The translations under genes were made by a program, and so were the position numbers. The notes below the pieces were generated by a model. That model made no database searches. It saw only the letters and a program-made list of their open reading frames with translations, and had not been told where the DNA came from. This document shows, piece by piece, positions 11,531 through 19,974 of a stretch of DNA of 64,000 nt. Numbering within the stretch: position 1 is the stretch's first letter; each line of letters begins with the position of its first letter. The DNA comes from Verrucomicrobiota bacterium (GTDB lineage: Bacteria > Verrucomicrobiota > Verrucomicrobiia > Limisphaerales > Palsa-1400), in the NCBI GenBank assembly GCA_049510745.1, contig JBEKYR010000002.1, positions 218,924-282,923 on the forward strand, in the 5' to 3' direction.

Positions 11531-11926
11531 ATGAAATTAAATCTCGAAGTTCGCAACAATCCTTTGGTCGTATTGTTCACCGTTTACGTCGATGGACTTG
11601 GAACACTGCAACAGGCCTCGTTCCAGCACAGCAAGCCCGGCGTGTTCACCTATTCCCAGGATATAACAGTTCCCGGCCCGACCCTCTTCATAAAATACAC
11701 AATCGTCGGGGTGGGTTCAAACATTCAAAGTCCAACCGGCGTCTGCCTGGTGAGCTTTGGCGTTCCGCCCGCAGCCCCGCCGGCAGCGCCGACTCCAAAT
11801 TACCTCAAACCCTACCTTATTGCCGCCATCACGGCCGGAAACTCGGCGGATTCAGAGGAATTCTCTTATCCAGTTGCGGGGGGAGCATCCGCCCTCAGCC
11901 AAATCCCCGGATTTGACCAACTGTGA
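11531..11926 (+). CDS. Hypothetical protein (beta-rich, 131 aa)
   Basis: ORF in a lower-GC patch, AGGA upstream of ATG; no motif recognised. Confidence 0.55.
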   Translation: MKLNLEVRNNPLVVLFTVYVDGLGTLQQASFQHSKPGVFTYSQDITVPGPTLFIKYTIVGVGSNIQSPTGVCLVSFGVPPAAPPAAPTPNYLKPYLIAAITAGNSADSEEFSYPVAGGASALSQIPGFDQL

Positions 11927-11964
11927 GTTTCGGCGAGCAATCACCTCAATCTACCAACATATAT

Positions 11965-13011
11965 ATGAATCGTCCAGTTGCTTTCCTCGGTCTTCTCACA
12001 CTCGTCGGCGCCACCGTTACTGATTTGTATGGACAGCTTGTTGTTGATGCCGGCGGGCCGCGCGACTCATTTTACTCATCTGCCAGTTCAACGCTCGGCT
12101 TGTCGGGATTGGCTGTTAAACTGAATACCGACCCGGAGTCCCTGGAGGCGACCTATCTTTCCGGGACGCTCTTCGGAAAACAGCCGCTGCCAGAAGGATC
12201 CGGCAACTGGCTCTATGGACTGGACGTCAAATTTTCGGCCGTCAATGGCGTGTTAAACATGAATAGCTGGCCAAAAACAGACCTGTCACCGCTGCTAAAC
12301 CATACCTGGATAACTTCAAGCACTGATAATAAACCCTGGATTTTTTCCCTTAACCTGCGTGATACCCCGTCCTTTGCGCAATATCCGATCTTTGATAAGA
12401 CGCTGGCGTCAGGAAAACAATTTTACACCAAGAACGCCCTGGGAAATACGGTCGTCGGCACATTTTCAGTGGTTCCAGGCGGAGCGAGTTGGTTCGCTCT
12501 CGCCGTTTCGGCCGGTTTTAGCGCCACAAATAACTATGCTCAATTGCCGAAGGTGACAGTCGGGAAGTTACTGGCGTCGGGTTCCTCGACAACGGTCGTT
12601 GGATCCGGCCAGGCCGCCCGCTATGGAACATTCGAGCGATACAATGCGGTTCCGTTGACATTAATGACCGTCTTTCAGCCGGTAGAGGGCCAATGGACGA
12701 CCAACTTTTCCAAATGCGCCGGAACTCTTTTAGGCTGGCTCAGTCCCGGTGCGAAAGACGCGTCCTATATCCCTATAGTATCTCCGTATGCTTCGCTTAC
12801 TCCGGGAGACCTTGGGCGCCCTGTGGACGCGGTTGGCCTCAATTTAGTTATTCGAGGAATGGATAGCAAGGTTCCAGTGGACTCAACTGGGCCGCATCCC
12901 GAAGCACAGAAGTTGAGCTTTCCGTTATCAATCTTTGTGGAACGGGTTAATGCGTTTTCCGGAAAGCCAAGTATCACCGTAGGCGCCGGGCTGACCTTCA
13001 AGTGGCCGTAA
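11965..13011 (+). CDS. Hypothetical secreted/outer-membrane-like protein
   Basis: Signal-peptide-like MNRPVAFLGLLTLVGATVTDLYG; beta-rich; ends in the amphipathic strand ITVGAGLTFKWP. Confidence 0.6.
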   Translation: MNRPVAFLGLLTLVGATVTDLYGQLVVDAGGPRDSFYSSASSTLGLSGLAVKLNTDPESLEATYLSGTLFGKQPLPEGSGNWLYGLDVKFSAVNGVLNMNSWPKTDLSPLLNHTWITSSTDNKPWIFSLNLRDTPSFAQYPIFDKTLASGKQFYTKNALGNTVVGTFSVVPGGASWFALAVSAGFSATNNYAQLPKVTVGKLLASGSSTTVVGSGQAARYGTFERYNAVPLTLMTVFQPVEGQWTTNFSKCAGTLLGWLSPGAKDASYIPIVSPYASLTPGDLGRPVDAVGLNLVIRGMDSKVPVDSTGPHPEAQKLSFPLSIFVERVNAFSGKPSITVGAGLTFKWP

Positions 13012-13225
13012 GCGACCGATGCAAGCCGCGCCAGGCCGTCCAACCTGTGCCTACGGCTGCGTGACTAGCGCCGTGATCACGCTGACGGTCGCTCTGCCGC
13101 CGCCAAAGGCCGGCCTGACGGGCGCGGAGGCGGTGCCACTGCAGTTGAGCGGCGCCGCCGGGTCCAAAACACGGCGGCTTCCAGCAGCCGTCTCTACCGG
13201 CTTTCCGCTTTTTAATGTCAAAACC

Positions 13226-14956
13226 TCAGACAGGCAGGGTGATGAGAATGGCGGTGCCCCTGGCCGGGACCGAGCGGATGCGCACCTTTCCCCGGTGCGT
13301 TTCGATGACGCGCCCGACGATGGCCAAACCGAGGCCGGTGCCCTTGTGCTTGGTCGTGTTCAACAAGGAGGAGAAAGGCTGGCGGCGCTGTTCTTCGGGC
13401 ATCCCCCGCCCGGTGTCCCGAAATTCGATCAAGACGTGCGACGGCCGCCCCGCGCGGGAACCGAGCCTGACCGCCCGCGTCGAGAGGGTGAGCGTGCCGC
13501 CTTCGGGCATGGCCTCGACGGCGTTTAAGGTCAGGTTCAGGAAGGCCTGGGCCAATTGGGTGCCGTCGGCCATGATTTCCGGGAGGTCCGGCGCCAAGCG
13601 GCGGACAAACTCAATGCGCTGGTTGCGCAGTTTGTGGCGGGTGAGCAGCGCCAGGTCGTCGAGGAGTTGATTGATGTTGACCGGGCCGAGCTTGGGTTCG
13701 GTGCTGCGGGCGAAATCGAGGATTTGCTCCACGATCTTGTTCAGGTGCTCCATTTTTTCCCGCAGGATGGCGTCGTCCTTGATCCGCGGGTCCCCGGGGG
13801 AAAAATCCAGGCGCAGGGAGTGGTAGAGCATTTTCATGACGGTAAGCGGATTGCGGATTTCGTGGGCGACTTCGGCGGCGAGGAGGCCGAGGGCGGAGAG
13901 TTTTTCGTTTTGACGCAACTGCTCCTCCTGGTCCACGACGCGCTCGTAAAGGCGGGCCTTTTCCAAGGCGATGGCGGAGAGTTCGGCCAGGGCGGTGAGG
14001 GTGTTGATTTCCTCGTTGGAGAAGCTGCGGGCCTGGCCGGTATAAACATTGAGCGTGCCGATGACCTGGCCGCCGAAGACCAGCGGCGCGCTGAGCAGCG
14101 AGACCAGCCCCTCGCGCTGCGCCATGTCCTTGTTCTGGTAAAGCGACGACTCGCAGACGTTCTCCAGTTGCATCGGCTTTTTGCGGCGGACGACGATTCC
14201 CATGAAGCTTTCGTCGGCGCTCAGGCGGGGTTTGTCCAGGTAAGCCGGCCCGGCGCCGAAGCTGGCGCGCAAATCGAGCCATTGGCCGGTGGCATCGAGC
14301 ATGAGGAGGGTACAGGTGCGGGCTTCCATCAAGACGCAGGCTTCGCGGGTGATGAGTTGGAGCGCCTCGTTGACATTGAGGGCGGAGTTGATGGTGCGGC
14401 TGACGCTGACGAGGGTTTGGAGCAGGCGGGCCTTGAGGCGCGACTGTTCGAAGAGCCAGGTGTTCTGGATGACCTTGGCCGCCTGCACCGCCAATTCCTC
14501 CAATAATTCCTGGTCCTGGCCGCTGAACGCGTTTTCCTTTTCGGCATCGACGTTGAGCACGCCTCTCACCTCCCCCATGACCTCAAGCGGCACGGCCAGC
14601 TCGGAGCGGACCTCCGCGCGCAGCATGACGTAACGGGGGTCCTGGCGGACTACCCCGACGCGAGCCGGCTTGCCGGTGCGGGCGACCCAGCCGGTGATTC
14701 CCTGGCCGAGCCGGAGGCGGACATCGCCGACACTGGGGGTCTGGCCGGCCGAGGCCTGAATTTCCAGGAAGCCGTTGGTGGGGTTGATCAGAGCGAGAGA
14801 GCCGCTGGAGGCGCGCATGAGGCGGACGGCTTCCTGCAAAATCAATTGCAGGGCCTGCTGCGGATCGAGAGTCGAATGGATGACGTTGCTGACCTGATAG
14901 AGCAGCTTGAGGCGCTCATGGTCCGCGCGCAAACTGGCGAGGTCATCGGGCATCAA
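13226..14956 (-). CDS. Cytoplasmic sensor histidine kinase with two GAF domains
   Basis: Two GAF-like repeats; H-box AHEIRNPL, NLTLNAVEA, DTGRG, GTGLGLAI. Confidence 0.9.
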   Translation of the reverse strand: MMPDDLASLRADHERLKLLYQVSNVIHSTLDPQQALQLILQEAVRLMRASSGSLALINPTNGFLEIQASAGQTPSVGDVRLRLGQGITGWVARTGKPARVGVVRQDPRYVMLRAEVRSELAVPLEVMGEVRGVLNVDAEKENAFSGQDQELLEELAVQAAKVIQNTWLFEQSRLKARLLQTLVSVSRTINSALNVNEALQLITREACVLMEARTCTLLMLDATGQWLDLRASFGAGPAYLDKPRLSADESFMGIVVRRKKPMQLENVCESSLYQNKDMAQREGLVSLLSAPLVFGGQVIGTLNVYTGQARSFSNEEINTLTALAELSAIALEKARLYERVVDQEEQLRQNEKLSALGLLAAEVAHEIRNPLTVMKMLYHSLRLDFSPGDPRIKDDAILREKMEHLNKIVEQILDFARSTEPKLGPVNINQLLDDLALLTRHKLRNQRIEFVRRLAPDLPEIMADGTQLAQAFLNLTLNAVEAMPEGGTLTLSTRAVRLGSRAGRPSHVLIEFRDTGRGMPEEQRRQPFSSLLNTTKHKGTGLGLAIVGRVIETHRGKVRIRSVPARGTAILITLPV

Positions 14957-15018
14957 GGAAGGGTAAGGTTAAAAGTTTAAAGTTTAAAGCCTTTCGCGCG
15001 CAGCCTCTCGCGCCTTTT

Positions 15019-16146
15019 TCATCGCTGGCGCGCCAGAAGGGCCAGGCCGACGCCGCCGCAGAGGATGTTCGGCAGCCAGGCCGCCAGCGCCGGGTCCAGA
15101 TACCCGCCCACGCCCAAGCCGACGGAGATGCGTTGCAGGATGAAATAGCCGAAACAAATGAAGATGCTCCCGGCCACGCCGACAAAGACGTTGTGCCGGC
15201 CCGCCCGCGCCCCGAAAGGCAGCGCTATCAAGACGACGGCCAGGCAGGTGAAGGGCGCCGCGAACCGGGCCTGCAGTTGCGTCATTAACATGGCCCTTTT
15301 GCGCGGGTCGATTTGCGGGTGCAGGCGCAGGTAGTCGCGTATTTCACGGATCGAGAGTTGCAATCCTTTCGCGGCATCGGTGGCGGTGAGGTTGTTGACT
15401 TTGATTTCGCTTTTGATCCAGGCGGGCGTTTCCGGGAGGGGCGCGGAGAATTCGGGGTTGGCGGCGGCGTTCGTCGGCCAGCTTTCGATATAGAAGGGTT
15501 CCCTGGCCGGCCGGTCCCAGACATGCGCTCCGAAAAAATGCCATTGGCCGTCGCGGTACTGCCCGCGCTGGGCGTCAATCTTGCGGCTCGAGCCGTCCGC
15601 CAAGTCCCAGGTGACGGTCAGATCGAGCACTTCCCCGGTCTTCGTATTGAAATGGCCGATGATCCATTTGCGGCGGGCGGGTTCGTTGTTCAAAACGAAG
15701 CGGGGAGTCAGCTCGCGCCGGCCGGGCTGGATGAGGCGGCGCTCCATAATGTCCCGCGCGCGCTCGGCCGCCGACGGCAGCCAGAATTCGCTGATCAGGA
15801 AAACGATCAGCCCAAAGACCGCGCCAACACCCAGATAAGGCAGCGCCAGCCGCCACAGGCCGACCCCCGCCGCGCGCATGGCCGTCAGCTCGTTGTGCCG
15901 GCTGTGATTGGTCAGGGAATAGAGCAACGCCAGCAGGAGCGAAACCGGCAACACTTGCTCGACCAATAACTCCGGCAGCGTGACCACGTAGTATTCCACA
16001 ATGTCCCCAAACAACATCCGGCTGTCCTGGAAACGGTTGATCTGAAAAATCAGATCGAAGGCGACGTAAAAAACCAGGAACCCGCACAGACAATAGCCCA
16101 GCGGCACGAGCAATTCGCGCAATAAGTAGCGGTCCAACAAGCGCAC
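15019..16146 (-). CDS. LptF/LptG family LPS export permease
   Basis: LLDRYLLRE, NELTAMRAAGV, LAAWLPN; TM-periplasmic-TM layout. Confidence 0.9.
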   Translation of the reverse strand: MRLLDRYLLRELLVPLGYCLCGFLVFYVAFDLIFQINRFQDSRMLFGDIVEYYVVTLPELLVEQVLPVSLLLALLYSLTNHSRHNELTAMRAAGVGLWRLALPYLGVGAVFGLIVFLISEFWLPSAAERARDIMERRLIQPGRRELTPRFVLNNEPARRKWIIGHFNTKTGEVLDLTVTWDLADGSSRKIDAQRGQYRDGQWHFFGAHVWDRPAREPFYIESWPTNAAANPEFSAPLPETPAWIKSEIKVNNLTATDAAKGLQLSIREIRDYLRLHPQIDPRKRAMLMTQLQARFAAPFTCLAVVLIALPFGARAGRHNVFVGVAGSIFICFGYFILQRISVGLGVGGYLDPALAAWLPNILCGGVGLALLARQR

Positions 16147-16183
16147 CGGGCCAATTGTACCGGGCGGCGGCCGATTGACGAGG

Positions 16184-17746
16184 CTATTTCGGCGGCGCGG
16201 CGGCGTGAATGAAACGGGCCAGGTCTCTTTTCAACGCCAGCCGGGACGGTTGATTGACATACATCATGTGGCCCGCTTCGTAGTAGCCCAGGGTGACGTT
16301 GCCGCGGAGGTTCGGCGGCAGTCCGATGTGATCGAAGGTGTAGCGCGTGGCCAGGAAGGGGGTGGCCAGGTCGTAATAGCCGTTGGCGACGAAGACCTTC
16401 AAATACGGATTGTGCGTCATGGCCCTGCGCAGCGTTTCGGCGACGTCCAGATAGTGGTTCCGCGCTTCGCTGAAGTCCCACGGCTGCACCTTGGCGGTCA
16501 GCACTTCATACGGCAGGTCGCTCTCGAACTTCAATTCCATCCGCACGTAATCGTTGAAGCCGGCCGCGAACGGCCCCAGCGCCGAGGTGAAGCTCGGATC
16601 GTATTCCGGCGCTTCTCCCACCGCGTCGAGGTCCACGCCGGTCAGGCGGCTGTCATAGCGCCCGAGGGTCAGCCGTTCTTTGCGCAGCAGTTCCTTGAAG
16701 AAAAGGCTGACGCGAACCCGCAAATTGGCGCGATCCACGAAATCCTCCGACAACCCGGTCAGGCGGGCCAGTTCCTTGACGATCCCGGCCCGTTCCGCGT
16801 CCGAGAGGCCCGCGCCCTGCATTAACGCGCGGCTGTAATCCCCCAGCGCAAAATTTTCCGACTCCGCCATCGCCTTCTTTTCGTCCGCTTGCAGATCGGG
16901 CGGGAGTTTCTTGTGATACCAGGCAGTCGCCGTCTCGCTCGGAAGAAAAAGGATGTAGGGCAGATCGTTTCCGGCGTTGAAACTGAGCGTCTCGAAATCC
17001 AGCACCGACGACACCAGGACAATACCGTTGAGATACATCCCGTAACGGTTCTCCAAGTGGGAGGACAACCCCGCCGCGCGCGTCGTTCCGTAACTTTCGC
17101 CGATGAGAAATTTCGGCGATGTCCAGCGGTTGTAGCGCGTGGTGTAAATGCGGATGAACTCCCCCACCGACGCCAGGTCCTGGTCCACGCCGTGATACTT
17201 GCCCGCGTCCTCCACGGGGATGGAGCGGGTGAAGCCGGTGCTGACCGGGTCGATGAAAACGAGGTCGGCCTCGTCGAGCAGTGATTCGTTATTATTGACA
17301 AGACGAAAGGGGGGCGGCGGCAGCGAGCCGTCTTCCTCCAGGAACACGCGCTTCGGCCCCAGCAGACCGAGATGGAGCCAGACGGAGGACGACCCCGGGC
17401 CCCCGTTGAAGGAGAACGAAACGGGCCGTTCGGCCGCGTTGGTCGCGTCGAGACGCGTATAGGCGATGAAGAAAAACGAGACGTGCGCCTTGCCCTCCTC
17501 GTCCTTCATGACGATGGTGCCCGCCGTCGCTTTGTATTTTATTTCGACCCCGTTGATCGTGACGGAGTTGGTCGTTTCCGAAAGCTGGTCCTTCGGCTCT
17601 TTCTTCGCTTCGTCGGCTTTCGCTTCGGCCGATTTTTTTGCGCCCTGAGCGGCGTTGGTCGAGGCCTCGGTTTTGTCCTCGGCCCGCAGACTGCCCGCCA
17701 ACACCAGCAAAGCCGCCAGCGCGGCCGCGATTTTTCGATGCGTCAT
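16184..17746 (-). CDS. Secreted S10 serine carboxypeptidase
   Basis: FNGGPGSSS, FIDPVSTG, GESYG, GYYDLATP, YEAGHMMY. Signal peptide starts at ATG 17746; the track's extension to 18253 overlaps hisA. Confidence 0.9.
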   Translation of the reverse strand: MTHRKIAAALAALLVLAGSLRAEDKTEASTNAAQGAKKSAEAKADEAKKEPKDQLSETTNSVTINGVEIKYKATAGTIVMKDEEGKAHVSFFFIAYTRLDATNAAERPVSFSFNGGPGSSSVWLHLGLLGPKRVFLEEDGSLPPPPFRLVNNNESLLDEADLVFIDPVSTGFTRSIPVEDAGKYHGVDQDLASVGEFIRIYTTRYNRWTSPKFLIGESYGTTRAAGLSSHLENRYGMYLNGIVLVSSVLDFETLSFNAGNDLPYILFLPSETATAWYHKKLPPDLQADEKKAMAESENFALGDYSRALMQGAGLSDAERAGIVKELARLTGLSEDFVDRANLRVRVSLFFKELLRKERLTLGRYDSRLTGVDLDAVGEAPEYDPSFTSALGPFAAGFNDYVRMELKFESDLPYEVLTAKVQPWDFSEARNHYLDVAETLRRAMTHNPYLKVFVANGYYDLATPFLATRYTFDHIGLPPNLRGNVTLGYYEAGHMMYVNQPSRLALKRDLARFIHAAAPPK

Positions 17747-18522
17747 TTCGTTTTCCTTTCCGTTTCCAATTTGCGATTGAACGCCACCACTTCTTCGTAG
17801 CGAACCCCGTGACCGCCGAAAATATCCAGCGCCGAGCCGATGGTCAAGTCGATTTTTCGGCCGCCCAGGCGCGCGACCTCTTCGAGGTCGCGCAACGAGT
17901 TCGCGCCCCCGGCGTAAGTCGTCGGAAGCGGCGACCAGCGGCCCAGTTTTTCGACCAACTCCAAATCCACCCCCCGGCACAGCCCCTCGACATCCGCCGC
18001 GTGGACCAAAAACTCGGCGCTCCACTCTCCCAGCCGCGCCAGCGTGTCCGGCCCGATTGCCATTTCCGTGAACTTCTGCCAGCGATCGGTCACAACCCAG
18101 TAGACCCCGTCCCGTTTTCGGCAGCTTAAATCGAGCACCAACCGCTTCTTTCCGATGGCCGCCACCAACCGCTTGAGCCGGCCCCAATCCAACTGACCTT
18201 CCCGAAAAATCCAGGAAGTGACGATGACATGCGACGCCCCGGCTTCGAGCCACGCGGCTGCGTTTTCCAAATTAATTCCACCGCCAACTTGCAGGCCGCC
18301 CGGAAACGCCGCCAGCGCCTCGCGCGCCGCCGTTTCGTTGCCGGGGCCGAGCATGATGACGTGGCCCCCGCGCAGGCCGTCGCGCCGATACAATCGGGCA
18401 TACCAGGCGGCAGGCTGATCGGAGACGAAATTTGTCCGCACCTCGCCGGCCCCGGCGGTCAAGGTGCCGCCGACAATTTGCTTGACCTTCCCTTCATGCA
18501 GATCGATGCACGGACGAAACAT
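17743..18522 (-). CDS. hisA: ProFAR isomerase, eukaryote (His6)-type HisA
   Basis: FRPCIDLHEGKVKQIVGGTL, GGHVIMLG, LVLDLSCR, DLTIGSALDIFGG. Confidence 0.9.
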   Translation of the reverse strand: MFRPCIDLHEGKVKQIVGGTLTAGAGEVRTNFVSDQPAAWYARLYRRDGLRGGHVIMLGPGNETAAREALAAFPGGLQVGGGINLENAAAWLEAGASHVIVTSWIFREGQLDWGRLKRLVAAIGKKRLVLDLSCRKRDGVYWVVTDRWQKFTEMAIGPDTLARLGEWSAEFLVHAADVEGLCRGVDLELVEKLGRWSPLPTTYAGGANSLRDLEEVARLGGRKIDLTIGSALDIFGGHGVRYEEVVAFNRKLETERKTK

Positions 18523-18525
18523 GGA

Positions 18526-19341
18526 TCACCCCTGGCCGAGCTTGCGGGATTTCTCGGTGGCGGCTCGCACGGCGCTCATCAAGACGCCCCGCACCTTGCC
18601 CTTTTCCAATTCGTGCAAGCCCTCGATCGTCGTGCCGCCGGGGCTGGCGACCATGTCTTTGAGGGCGCCGGGATGCAGGCCAGTTTCCAGGACCATCTTC
18701 GCGCTGCCCAGGACCGTTTGCGCGGCCAGTTTTGTCGCCACGTCGCGCGGCAGGCCCGCCGCCACGCCGCCGTCGCTCAAGGCCTCGATCACCAGGTAAA
18801 TGTAAGCCGGCCCGCTGCCGCTCAACCCGGTGACGGCGTCCAGCAACGATTCTTTCACTTGAAAGGCAATGCCGACGGCGGAGAAAAACCGCTGCGCCAA
18901 GGCCGCGTCCTCCGCCGTGGCCGCCTGGCCCAAGGCATAAGCGGTGGCCGAAGCTCCGACCAGCGCCGGGGTGTTGGGCATGACGCGAATGACGCGGCCG
19001 CCCCCGCCCAGCGCGCCCTCCAACTTCGCCAGAGGCACGCCCGCCGCGATCGAAATGAGCAGGTGCTCCGGTGTGATGGCGGGCCGGATTTCCGCCAGCA
19101 ACTCCGGGACATTCCCCGGCTTGACCGCCAGGACGAGCACGCGGGCAAAGCGCACCACATCGAGATTCGATTCCCCGGCCTTCGCGCCGGTTTCTTTGCC
19201 AAAGGCGGCGCGCGCCGCAGGCACCGGATCGCTGGCCCGGATTTGCGGGGCCTTGACCAGACCTGCCGAGATCACTCCCTTGGCCAGCGCGCCGGCCATT
19301 TTGCCGGCGCCGAGAAACCCGATGCTAAGTTGAGCAGCCAT
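18526..19341 (-). CDS. proC: Pyrroline-5-carboxylate reductase
   Basis: GFLGAGKM, LAVKP, RVMPNTP, GSGPAY, SPGGTTI. Confidence 0.95.
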   Translation of the reverse strand: MAAQLSIGFLGAGKMAGALAKGVISAGLVKAPQIRASDPVPAARAAFGKETGAKAGESNLDVVRFARVLVLAVKPGNVPELLAEIRPAITPEHLLISIAAGVPLAKLEGALGGGGRVIRVMPNTPALVGASATAYALGQAATAEDAALAQRFFSAVGIAFQVKESLLDAVTGLSGSGPAYIYLVIEALSDGGVAAGLPRDVATKLAAQTVLGSAKMVLETGLHPGALKDMVASPGGTTIEGLHELEKGKVRGVLMSAVRAATEKSRKLGQG

Positions 19342-19478
19342 GTAAGCTGTTTCTAACAGATTGGATTAAAACTCAGAAAAACCCAACCTTAACGATCCCC
19401 TGTGCTTTAAATCTCATTCCCCTGCCGCCTGCGGATGCGATATACAACTGATTTACCTTCCTCCTCCTTTGTCGGCCA

Positions 19479-19685
19479 TCACACGCCGACCCCTTCCAGT
19501 TCGACCCGCCGCATGGTTTCGTTGCCACCGAAACGCTTTTGCGCGTCGAGGATTTCCAACCCCGTCAGACGGCCTTCGCTGTCATAATCCGCTGCGATGC
19601 CCTCGGCCAGATGTTTGGTCGTAACGGTGGTTTCGCGGAACGTGATGCTCAACGCATCCACTTCGGCATCGTAGCTGATTTTCAT
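19479..19685 (-). CDS. DUF2283-family protein (putative antitoxin)
   Basis: MKISYDAEVDALSI...DYDSEGRLTGLEILDA. Confidence 0.85.
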   Translation of the reverse strand: MKISYDAEVDALSITFRETTVTTKHLAEGIAADYDSEGRLTGLEILDAQKRFGGNETMRRVELEGVGV

Positions 19686-19688
19686 AGC

Positions 19689-19943
19689 TTAAAAATAATA
19701 CGTATAGACCGTTATCACAACTATTTTCTCGGCTTCGTCCACGAACACGGGGCGAACCTGCTTCGTCTCATAAACCTTCCGGTTCCATTCCCGCCCATAA
19801 GCAAAATCTTTCCGACAATCCAGCCGCCCAAGCTCGGCTGCGCCCCAGGCACAAGTGCGGATGGCTTCTTCCACTTCCCCCACGGTAAAACCGCGCGATG
19901 CGATATAACCCATGGCGTGTTTGGAAAAGCGAATCGGTTTCAT
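19689..19943 (-). CDS. DUF4258-family protein (putative RelE-like toxin)
   Basis: IRFSKHA...RG....EVEEAI...IVVITVY; directly upstream of DUF2283. Confidence 0.75.
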   Translation of the reverse strand: MKPIRFSKHAMGYIASRGFTVGEVEEAIRTCAWGAAELGRLDCRKDFAYGREWNRKVYETKQVRPVFVDEAEKIVVITVYTYYF

Positions 19944-19974
19944 TTGGTTGTGCCTTCCACGATTTTGATTTCCG

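Noticed and set aside
11173..13225. Integron cassettes or IS boundaries around the accessory patches
   Set aside because: No convincing attC pairs, terminal inverted repeats, integrase or transposase seen.
17747..18253. N-terminal extension of the S10 peptidase ORF
   Set aside because: Overlaps hisA in another frame; the signal peptide begins at ATG 17746.
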